Sequence record: ON529852.1
Reading direction: 5' to 3' (one strand)
Length of the DNA stretch: 64,000 bases
Made by a program: the position numbers and the translations under genes
Part shown: in pieces, positions 33,627 through 41,413 of the stretch
Layout: the number at the start of each line of letters is the position of its first letter
Numbering within the stretch: the first letter of the stretch is position 1
Notes under the pieces: model-generated
The model's input: only the letters and a program-made list of their open reading frames with translations
What the model was told of the DNA's origin: nothing
Database searches by the model: none

Positions 33627-35335
33627 AGGCGCCACTTCGCTCCCTGCATGGTGATGATCTGGCGCTGGCCGTTGTGCAGGGTCACGACGTGGCTGTGCGA
33701 CCACGACGAGAGGCCCTTGTTGTAGCCCATGTCCAGCTTGGAGGTGGTGCCGGAGACGAAGGCCCCGTCGATGATCTGACACGAATGGGTGTGCCCGGTG
33801 GTCGACTTGGCGCCGGCGCGGGTGAACTGCCGGGGATTGCCGCGCGCGCCATTGGCGCCCAGGTGCCCGTGCATGCCCTTTTCGATGTCCATCACCTGGA
33901 AGGACTCGTCCTCGCGCAGGAAGCGCACGCCTTCGCAGGCGATGTCGTCGAAATAGTCCGTCAGGACATATTCGAACACCGAGAAGTCGCCGTCATGTTC
34001 GCGGATCGCCTGGTAGGCGCGCCGCTGGCAGGCCAGGAAGAACTCGGCGTTGCGCGGATCGTGGCGATAGTCGGCTTCCTTGAGCCAGCGCTTCAGCGCC
34101 AGGTCATGATTGGACTCCACCACGACCGTCTTGCAGAAATCCCGTCGCGTGGATTCGATGAAGGACGCCACCTCGCGCAGTTCCGTCTCGACGGAGTCGG
34201 CGCCGGCCACGAACAGGGCGAACATGTGGTGGGGATCGCGCAGATTGTGGTGGTTGCGCGCCTGGAAGTCGCAGACGTCGTGATAGAACTGGTACGACGG
34301 CCGCAGCGCGTCCAGGATCGGCATCGGATCGCTCTCGCCCGAGGTCGCCCAGCGCCGGCCGGACCCGCGCCCCTTGGCGTCAAGCGGGTAGAAGCCGAAG
34401 CAGGACTTCGCCACGATCGGGTCGATCTGGGCGACATGGAGGTCGCCCCAGTTGATCGCCGCCACGCGGTGACGGTGGGTGATCAGGGGCGTGTTGCCGC
34501 GCGCGGACTTGTCCGCGCGCGTCTGCACCCGGATGTCCAGGTCCATGAAGGAGCCGTCCGGCTCGGCGATCAGGTGGCGGCAGAAGAACTCGCCCTGGTC
34601 GTTCATCTCGACCAGCAAGGCCGCGACTTCGTGGTGGAAGGCCGCCTTGATGCCGGCCTTCTTCTTGACGTAGTTGGGCAGGGTGATCGAGCCGGTCGTC
34701 ATGTTCTGCTTGGCCGGGGCGTGCTTCATCGTCGGGACCGACTGAAGCTGAACCTTGGCGTGCGGGAAGATGCCCCAACGATGCTTGGTGTAGGTTTCGA
34801 ACCCGCTGAGCGGCGTGACCGCCGTCGGCAGGGTGTTCATCTCGCCGCAGTAGTCGATCTTGTCGCCCAGGCGGATGCGCTCGTTCGAGATGTAGGGCTC
34901 GATGCGGAAGTGGTAGTAGGGCTTCTGCTCGTTTCGACCCTTGTCATCGCCGTCTTTGGCGTGGCCCCGATACATCTTCTTGTTGTAGGTGTAGCCCGAG
35001 ATCATGATCTGGCACGGGCCGTCCTTGGACAGATGATCGCGATAGGCTTCCAGGTTGGTCAGGAAGTCCTCATGGATCGACGTCTCGGACTGGGCCGAAG
35101 TCAGGATGAAGCGCTGCACGGTGCCGGGCGCGACCACGATCTTCTTCGGCTCGACCGGCGGGATGTAGCTGAACGGGTCGCGGTGCACCTTGTGCAGGCG
35201 CAGTTGCAAGGTCGAGCGCGCCACGCCGTAGTGACGGCTGAACTGACGCTGGCCGCCCATCTCGGTGACGATGCGGTCGAGTTCCTCGGGCGAGACGGAG
35301 TCGAGGTCGAAGGACCCCTTGGCTTCAGCCGGCAA
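33623..35335 (-). CDS. HTH plus calcineurin-like metallophosphoesterase protein
   Basis: N-terminal FSRHYGVARSTLQ HTH; WGDLH, HD, SNHD, MHGH, GHTH metal motifs. Confidence 0.75.
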   Translation of the reverse strand: MPAEAKGSFDLDSVSPEELDRIVTEMGGQRQFSRHYGVARSTLQLRLHKVHRDPFSYIPPVEPKKIVVAPGTVQRFILTSAQSETSIHEDFLTNLEAYRDHLSKDGPCQIMISGYTYNKKMYRGHAKDGDDKGRNEQKPYYHFRIEPYISNERIRLGDKIDYCGEMNTLPTAVTPLSGFETYTKHRWGIFPHAKVQLQSVPTMKHAPAKQNMTTGSITLPNYVKKKAGIKAAFHHEVAALLVEMNDQGEFFCRHLIAEPDGSFMDLDIRVQTRADKSARGNTPLITHRHRVAAINWGDLHVAQIDPIVAKSCFGFYPLDAKGRGSGRRWATSGESDPMPILDALRPSYQFYHDVCDFQARNHHNLRDPHHMFALFVAGADSVETELREVASFIESTRRDFCKTVVVESNHDLALKRWLKEADYRHDPRNAEFFLACQRRAYQAIREHDGDFSVFEYVLTDYFDDIACEGVRFLREDESFQVMDIEKGMHGHLGANGARGNPRQFTRAGAKSTTGHTHSCQIIDGAFVSGTTSKLDMGYNKGLSSWSHSHVVTLHNGQRQIITMQGAKWRL

Positions 35336-36059
35336 AATACATCTCCGCCTTGGCGTGGGGGGCGGTCAGGGCCTTGCGCCAGTCCCAGACGTACCAGGCG
35401 TAGGAGAAGCGCGGGCTCTTGGACTCCTCGCCCTCCTTCTTCTCGACCCAGACCGGGCGGAAGCGCAGGGTGATCTTGGCGATGAAGGCGGGGTGATCGA
35501 TCAGGTGGGCGCGGCCCTTGGCCGTGTCCCACTCATGGCGCATCAGCATGGCGACATAGCCCTGCTCCGCCTCCATCAACTCCAGCGCCTTCTCGACCGC
35601 CAGAACGGCTTCCTTGCCGTAGGGTGGGTTGGTGATGATGCAGTCCGGACGGAAGCCCAGGGCCGCCTCGACCTCGGTCATGGAGATCGGACGGGGCGCT
35701 TCGTTTTTCGTGACTCCACCGTCCAGCGTCGCCTTGTCGATCGTGCGCTCCCAAGCCGCCACGGCGATCTCGTGGGCGTCGCCGTCGGCGTAGATGTTGA
35801 AGAAGTCCAGCATCGCCGTCGGGTCGAGGCCCTCGTAGCGATGGATGTCGCTGGTGGCTTCCAGCCGGCACAGCGGGCCGATCAATCGGGAAATGGCGCC
35901 GTTGCCCGCGAAGGGCTCCCAGAAGGCCATCTGCTCCAGGTCGTCCTCGACCACGGAGATGAAGGCTTCGGTCGCGCGGGCCGGGGTCGGGTAGAAGTCC
36001 AGGGCGTTGCGGGGATAGTTCGTACCCCCCAGCATGGAGGGGTCTTGACGCGTGGTCAT
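35325..36059 (-). CDS. amino (N6-A/N4-C) DNA methyltransferase-like protein
   Basis: DFYPTP, WEPFAGNG, SD, IITNPPY, RF...YAWYVW. Confidence 0.8.
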   Translation of the reverse strand: MTTRQDPSMLGGTNYPRNALDFYPTPARATEAFISVVEDDLEQMAFWEPFAGNGAISRLIGPLCRLEATSDIHRYEGLDPTAMLDFFNIYADGDAHEIAVAAWERTIDKATLDGGVTKNEAPRPISMTEVEAALGFRPDCIITNPPYGKEAVLAVEKALELMEAEQGYVAMLMRHEWDTAKGRAHLIDHPAFIAKITLRFRPVWVEKKEGEESKSPRFSYAWYVWDWRKALTAPHAKAEMYFAG

Positions 36060-36209
36060 TCAGCAGGCCGTTTTGATGGAGGGGATGCGCGGTCGGAGCG
36101 CTTGCGGCCTTCTTGGTCTCACGATTAACCACGAACGTCAAGATTTACGTCAATGGGAGTCAGGTGCGTTGACACACTTGCATCCGGATCGACCTTGGAT
36201 TATCGGTGA

Positions 36210-36615
36210 TGCTTCGAGAAGACGACGAGGATCGTCGAGCGTCTCCTGGCCGCGCACGGGTCAGGATCAACGCCGTCGTCTCAGGGAGACGCGGACCTAA
36301 GGCGATAGGGCTCCGCGTCAATGGGTGAAGTGAGGAACGGACGGCGCATCCGTGTTGGAGCCATAGTCCAGGTGGGCGATTCACTGCCTTACCCGGACCG
36401 AGTCGCGGTAATCGAATGCTGCCGCGTGACGTGACGCCGACCGACAGTAGAGGATGGCGTGACCTAAGGGGAGAGGCCCATGCAGGGCGGACCGCGTCGG
36501 ACGCGGCCGCCGACTAGCCGGAGGGGCTGCACACCCGATGGACAGGATCGCCCCGCCCGCGAAGAAGCGAATGGGGGATGACGCCGGCGCAGCCGAGACA
36601 GACGATGCGCACGAA
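36210..36615 (+). ncRNA. candidate ~400-nt structured RNA
   Basis: Helix-dense, no credible gene; helices GCGTCTCC/GGAGACGC and AGACGACG/CGTCGTCT; shares the ACGCCG...GGCGTGAC motif and 3' tail with the 10-kb RNA; ends are approximate. Confidence 0.5.
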
Positions 36616-36645
36616 AAAGGCCCCGATCGCAAGATCGGGGCCTTT
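36614..36645. terminator. bidirectional terminator between two convergent ncRNA candidates
   Basis: AAAAA-GGCCCCGATC-GCAA-GATCGGGGCC-TTT; same 10-bp stem as the terminator at 11011-11034. Confidence 0.8.
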
Positions 36646-37233
36646 GACGTCGTGGCGGGGTCCTCGGTTTTCATCGTCGCGGCCGGCGTGCCTTTCGCTA
36701 AACGATCCCGCATCTCTTCGCACCGGGCGGACCCGGACTACTTTACCGCCGGCCCCCATACGGTGAACCTCGAAGGCAGAGCCTCTAGCGCATCCTACCG
36801 GCGCCATAGCGGTGTGTGAGGAAGGGGTTCTCACCTCACGATCAGGGAAGTGGACGACCGGGGAAACGTCCCGCCGGCCCGATCGTCCGGGCATTGCGCC
36901 CTTGAAAGCGAAACGGCAGGAGGGGACTGGCCCGTCCTGCCGCTCTATGACCTGGGGAGTGGCGTACCTGTCCCGGCGGTCGGTGCGGTGGCGCATGGTC
37001 CGAAAGACCAGAGGAGCCGCGTGATCCGGGGTAACTCGAAGGTCCCGCGCCTCACCCGCTGCTGTTTATTCGCCCCGACATGCTGATCCGGGACTACTAG
37101 AACTGGTTGCCCCGTCGTTCCAGCCGGGGACTGCGTGTGGCCGTCGCCAATACCGCCTTGGTCCGTTCCAGGAGCCACCCTGCCTGAGCAGTCGCCAGCG
37201 AAGCCGATACTGAAAGCGCCTCACTGAGAAGAG
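36646..37233 (-). ncRNA. candidate ~590-nt structured RNA (ROOL-like size)
   Basis: Strong promoter upstream and terminator downstream; no credible gene; two AGUA/GAA loop-E hairpins; long-range helix 37195-37202 with 36694-36701. Confidence 0.6.
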
Positions 37234-37238
37234 GGCGC

Positions 37239-37279
37239 ACTATAAGCAGGGTTTCGACTTTTGTCAATAACTACGGCAG
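37239..37279 (-). promoter_or_regulatory. sigma70-type promoter with CTGCCGT-N5 element
   Basis: CTGCCGT-AGTTA-TTGACA, 17 nt, TATAGT. Confidence 0.75.
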
Positions 37280-37285
37280 AAAAAT

Positions 37286-37645
37286 CTAACGCCCGAAGCG
37301 GAAAAAGCGGCGCAGGGGGGATTCCGTCTCGCGCTTGTATTGCTCGGCGTAGTCGGCCTTGCGCTTCTTGGTCTCTCCGACCGTGTCATGGCAATCCGCC
37401 CAGGCGCCGTGAAGATCACGGTCGTAGGCGGCCTTGTCTTCGTCCAGGCGCGGCTGACCCGGCGCGGGGCGCGCGGGCACGACCGGCTCGTCCCGGCACT
37501 CGGTGATCGAGTCCGGGTAGAGGCTGTCAGGGGACAACAACACCGTCGGGCTGCTTGCGCAGGCCGTCAGCAGCAGGCTGGTCGCCAGCAGGAGCGCCGC
37601 CAGTCGGGCGGGCTTGCGCTTCCGCGCGTCGGTCGAGGGCTTCAT
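37286..37645 (-). CDS. o-spanin (Rz1-like lipoprotein)
   Basis: Start re-assigned to ATG 37645; lipobox LLLTAC; Pro-rich; overlaps the 3' end of the i-spanin. Confidence 0.75.
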   Translation of the reverse strand: MKPSTDARKRKPARLAALLLATSLLLTACASSPTVLLSPDSLYPDSITECRDEPVVPARPAPGQPRLDEDKAAYDRDLHGAWADCHDTVGETKKRKADYAEQYKRETESPLRRFFRFGR

Positions 37646-38060
37646 CTTGGGCTCCGTGATAATCGGGACGTTCGGCGGCGATGCCGTCGAGCGCGGCGTC
37701 GTGCTTGCGGCCCTGGGGGGCCTGTTCAATCCGCTCGGTGATGCGGTCGTTCTGGGAGCGGCGGACGTCGCGTTGCGCGGCGCGACGCGCTTGCGACTTC
37801 TGGGCGTCCTGATCCGCCTGGGCCTGGCGGGCGGCGCCGGCGATCTGCGCCTCAAGGGCGTCCGCGCGCTTCTCCGAGTGTGCGAAGGCCAGGACCGCCA
37901 GCACCAGACCGAGAATGAACCAGGTCCGGATGTCGGAGGCGATCTTGATGACGAAGGCGGGTCCGACCGTGAACCACAATGCGACCACGGCGGCGCAGAC
38001 CGCCGCGATCGTCCACAGGGTGGCGGGGTTCAGCAGAAGGGCCAGAAGGATGGAGAACAT
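37527..38060 (-). CDS. i-spanin (Rz-like)
   Basis: N-terminal transmembrane segments, Ala/Gln/Arg coiled coil, lysis context. Confidence 0.7.
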   Translation of the reverse strand: MFSILLALLLNPATLWTIAAVCAAVVALWFTVGPAFVIKIASDIRTWFILGLVLAVLAFAHSEKRADALEAQIAGAARQAQADQDAQKSQARRAAQRDVRRSQNDRITERIEQAPQGRKHDAALDGIAAERPDYHGAQDEALDRRAEAQARPTGGAPAGDQPAADGLRKQPDGVVVP

Positions 38061-38521
38061 CAGCGCTTGAACGTCACAGGATGGATGCCCTGACGATACC
38101 CCGAGCCGTTATAGGTCAGGTTCTGGCGACGCATCCGGGGATTGAAGGAGATGTGGACCCACCAGGAGCCGTTGGGCTTGCGCTCGTGGATCAACTGGTC
38201 GTAGTCCAGTTCCGAGGCGGCGATCTCGCGACAGATCGCCAGTGGATCGCCAAAGCCGGGGCAGGTGAAGTCGACCGCCCAGCCCAGGGCGTGGTCGGAG
38301 TTGGGCACGCCGCCGACGGCGCGGTTGACGGCCGGATTGCGGTAGGCCGAGTTGACCCGGATGGCGTTGTCGCCCAGCACCCAGCGCACCTGCTCCATCC
38401 GCTGAGCGGTCTGGCGCATGTTCTCCAGGTGGGCTGGGGTCGGCATGTTGTCGTTGCGCAGACGAGCGGCGGTGTCTGACCGCACAAACTCTGCAAGCGT
38501 GAAATGGTCAGACAGACGCAT
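38060..38521 (-). CDS. peptidase M15A (Zn D,D/L,D-peptidase-type endolysin)
   Basis: NSAYR, VGG..NSDH..G.AVD, WVHIS. Confidence 0.85.
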   Translation of the reverse strand: MRLSDHFTLAEFVRSDTAARLRNDNMPTPAHLENMRQTAQRMEQVRWVLGDNAIRVNSAYRNPAVNRAVGGVPNSDHALGWAVDFTCPGFGDPLAICREIAASELDYDQLIHERKPNGSWWVHISFNPRMRRQNLTYNGSGYRQGIHPVTFKR

Positions 38522-39042
38522 CAGTCCGTCACCCCCGTGTCCGAGGCCTTGTCGTCATCGACAGAGGGCATGGGGCGTCCGCCCCGGAAATCATTGCGGC
38601 CGCCGAACCCGCCGTAGCCGCCCCCGAAGCCGCCGCCGCTGTAATCGTCGTCCTTCTTGCCGCCGCCGAAGCCGTAGTCGACGTTGCGCGAGGTGGACGG
38701 ATCGACGTCCGGGTCATCGGCGGTGGTGACCAGGGTCAGACCGGCGCCGCCCGGCCCCTTCAGCGACAGGCCCTTGATCGTGCCCAGCATCGAGATGATG
38801 ACCAGGGCGAACAGGCCCAGGAAGATGTAGCCGTAGTTGATCAGGCCGGTGATGATCTGGGTCTGGAGGCCGTTGTATTCGGCCGTGTAGGTGACGGCGA
38901 ACCAGACCAGCACGATGATCATGCCGACGAAGAGCGGGAACAGCGACATGCCCGACAGGATGATCGACACACGCTGGAGATGGTCCGGGCGATCGCACAG
39001 GACGTCCATGGTGTCGCGCATCCAACGGAAGAAGCGGCTCAT
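38521..39042 (-). CDS. putative holin (2 TM, Gly-rich C-terminal tail)
   Basis: Start re-assigned to ATG 39042 (MSRFFRW); two hydrophobic helices; between two muralytic enzymes. Confidence 0.55.
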   Translation of the reverse strand: MSRFFRWMRDTMDVLCDRPDHLQRVSIILSGMSLFPLFVGMIIVLVWFAVTYTAEYNGLQTQIITGLINYGYIFLGLFALVIISMLGTIKGLSLKGPGGAGLTLVTTADDPDVDPSTSRNVDYGFGGGKKDDDYSGGGFGGGYGGFGGRNDFRGGRPMPSVDDDKASDTGVTD

Positions 39043-39089
39043 GTTGTGTCGCAACCGAAGCGGCGACGGGGTCGTCGGCCAGCCGGGCA

Positions 39090-39698
39090 TTAGCGGTAGG
39101 ACCAGGCGGTCTGGAGCGACTGGGCGGCGGGGTGGCCGCCGTAAACCATCAGTTCGGCCAGGCGGCGGCGATAGAGCCCCAGCGCCCACTTGCCGTTGGC
39201 GTTGGACCAGCGGGCGAAGGCGATCTGGATGTTGACAGGTTCGGCCTTGGCCTTGGACTGCGCCGCCAGGCCCGACATGGAGATGTTGCCGACCTTGCGC
39301 GCGCCCTGGGCGTGCAGTCGCGCCACGGCCGACGAGCGGAAGCCGGCGGTGCCGATGTTGAAGCACATGGAGACCATGGCGTCGAACTCGCCCTGGTAGG
39401 TGCGGGCGTCCGCGATCCGATTGACCTCGGCGACGTAGCGCTTGAGGTCGTCGGTCAGCAGGGCGTCGGCCTCGGCGACCGTGATTCGCTGCTTGCCGAA
39501 CATCCGCTGCATGGCTTCGCGGGTCAGTTGGTCGGCGCGGGCGCGGCCGAAGATGTCGTAGTCGATGATCTGGCCCGACGGGGTCGTCAGGGCGTGGCCC
39601 CAGCCGATCGTGGAGACGTGGGCCGAGCAGTAGTAAGGCTCGGCCTCGAACTGCTCGGTGGACTGAATCAGCTTCAGCCCTTCCGAGGAAATTTGCAT
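39090..39698 (-). CDS. GH24 lysozyme (endolysin)
   Basis: Start probably MQISSEGLKLI; E-X8-C-X5-T triad, TIGWGH, FDAMVSMCFNIG, RRLAE. Confidence 0.88.
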   Translation of the reverse strand: MQISSEGLKLIQSTEQFEAEPYYCSAHVSTIGWGHALTTPSGQIIDYDIFGRARADQLTREAMQRMFGKQRITVAEADALLTDDLKRYVAEVNRIADARTYQGEFDAMVSMCFNIGTAGFRSSAVARLHAQGARKVGNISMSGLAAQSKAKAEPVNIQIAFARWSNANGKWALGLYRRRLAELMVYGGHPAAQSLQTAWSYR

Positions 39699-39716
39699 TG
39701 TAGTGGAGACACGGGC

Positions 39717-39755
39717 TGTCAAAAAGTCTGGCAGATTGTGCCAGACTTATTGACA
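39717..39755. promoter_or_regulatory. near-perfect inverted repeat built from two TGCCAG-N5-TTGACA elements
   Basis: TGTCAAAAAGTCTGGCA-GATTG-TGCCAGACTTATTGACA. Confidence 0.6.
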
Positions 39756-39797
39756 TTCGTCAAGAATCCGCTAGGGTTCGCGCCCTTTGCGCCTCAC

Positions 39798-40919
39798 TCA
39801 GACGTCGGGCGGCATCAAAACGATGCCCGAAGGGACCGGCGAGAGGGGATTGAACCCCGCTTGAGACCATGCCCGATGCGGGATTTTGACGCCTTCCTCC
39901 TCCCGCGCGCGATCCAGCGCCTGGGTGAAGCGCGGCAGGGCCAGGCCGGTGCCGTAGGACCAGATGTGATCCCCGTGCCGTCGCAGGCCGTATGAGCCGA
40001 TCTCAATGCCCGCCAACAGCAGGTCGCGGCCCTCGTCGGTCTTCTCCTGGGACAGGGCGGCCTTGGGCGCGCCAAGCCGCAGCGCCAGTTCATAGGCGTC
40101 AGCCAGCATCGCCTTCCAGCCCGTGTCGTCGGCGTAGGTGTTGTCGTAGAGTTCCACCTTCATGAAGGTCGGGAAATGCAGGTCGTCCTCGGCGTCGCCC
40201 AGGCGGAAACAGGGCGTGCAGGCGACCATGCGGCCGTGGCCGATGGCGCCGTCTTTGTCCAGATGAAGGAAGGATTGCTCAGACGATCCGACCAGGTAGC
40301 CCAAGCCGTCCACGCGCGCCGCGAACGCCGGGTTGGGGCAGGTGATGTCGATGGTGTCCTTGGACACCGCCCAAGGCGTCTCGACGTAGCGGTAGCCCTC
40401 CCTTTCGTAGAAGGCCACGGCGGCGCCCAGCAGGGCGTAGTCGATGCGCGGCATCGGGGGCAGGTCCTTGTGGACCGGCGCGACCGGGTAGCGCGCTTTC
40501 ATCTGGCTGATCGCGTCGCGAATCGCGCCCACCCAACGCGACTGCTTGGGCGATCCCGTCTCGGCGTGGTCGATCGCCTCCAGCGGCTGGTCGTTCAGAT
40601 GCGCCAGAGGCACGCTCAGGCCGTAGCGGGTATGAATTTGCGTGCGGACATGGTCCGCCCACTCCACGTCGCTCGCCCGATAGAAACGCCAGTCGGGCGG
40701 CGGCGGCGGGGTCGGCCGACGGGCTTGTTCGGCCGCGATCAGGACGCGCAGCCGCGCCTCCAGGGACGGCCCGGAAGACGACCCGAACCACGGCGAAGGC
40801 CGCGCCATCATGTCTCCCAGCGACACCGTGGGGTGGTACTCCGAGGTGAAGACCGCCTCCTCGAACCGCTCCAGGTCCAGATCGATCACATAGGTCGAGC
40901 GCCAGTCAGCGTCGTCCAT
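39798..40919 (-). CDS. class II aminoacyl-tRNA synthetase-like catalytic domain with unrelated N-terminal region
   Basis: Motif 1 GYRYVETPW, GSSEQSF, motif 2 PCFR.G...HFPTFMKVEL, IEIGSYG, motif 3 GTGLALPRF; no anticodon-binding domain. Confidence 0.7.
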   Translation of the reverse strand: MDDADWRSTYVIDLDLERFEEAVFTSEYHPTVSLGDMMARPSPWFGSSSGPSLEARLRVLIAAEQARRPTPPPPPDWRFYRASDVEWADHVRTQIHTRYGLSVPLAHLNDQPLEAIDHAETGSPKQSRWVGAIRDAISQMKARYPVAPVHKDLPPMPRIDYALLGAAVAFYEREGYRYVETPWAVSKDTIDITCPNPAFAARVDGLGYLVGSSEQSFLHLDKDGAIGHGRMVACTPCFRLGDAEDDLHFPTFMKVELYDNTYADDTGWKAMLADAYELALRLGAPKAALSQEKTDEGRDLLLAGIEIGSYGLRRHGDHIWSYGTGLALPRFTQALDRAREEEGVKIPHRAWSQAGFNPLSPVPSGIVLMPPDV

Positions 40920-41382
40920 TGAGGAAGGCCCTTTCGGTGATGGCGGACATGGTCTCCAGGTCGGCCAGAGTCAGATTATGCTTATGCAGGTAGGCCTTGA
41001 CCGCGCCCATGAGGTCCGCCAGTTCGACCAGGCCCATGATGACCGAGCCCTGCTGGACCGCGTCGGCGAACTCGGCCGCCTCTTCGATGATCTTGGAGGG
41101 CTCGCCGAGCACGCCCTTGGCGATCGGGGTCAGGTGGTAGCCCGGTTTAACTTCCTCAGGCGCCTCGAATGGCCTCATCACCTGGGCGAACTCGTGGGCG
41201 GTCATTCCTCCGTAGTTCAGGCCGTCAAGGGCTGCGCTGGCATAGCGATCATATTGGTCTTTGTTCGGCCCTTCACGCGACGTATCGCCGAACTCGCGCA
41301 GGCTCTCGTAGTCATGGCCGTCCCGGCGCGCGAGATGCGTCACGATGGCTGTGAACTGGCGTTGGTAGAGGTCGTCGAGCAT
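40906..41382 (-). CDS. MazG/HisE-like NTP pyrophosphohydrolase
   Basis: KIIEEAAEFADA...VELADLMGAV. Confidence 0.65.
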   Translation of the reverse strand: MLDDLYQRQFTAIVTHLARRDGHDYESLREFGDTSREGPNKDQYDRYASAALDGLNYGGMTAHEFAQVMRPFEAPEEVKPGYHLTPIAKGVLGEPSKIIEEAAEFADAVQQGSVIMGLVELADLMGAVKAYLHKHNLTLADLETMSAITERAFLNGRR

Positions 41383-41413
41383 CCGCCACGGTTACGCCAG
41401 CGACCCGCAGGTG

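Noticed and set aside
36381-37178. ORFs of 60-160 aa across the 36.2-37.2 kb region
   Set aside because: No consistent frame, SD or family motifs; a promoter/terminator-bounded, helix-rich region is more consistent with ncRNA
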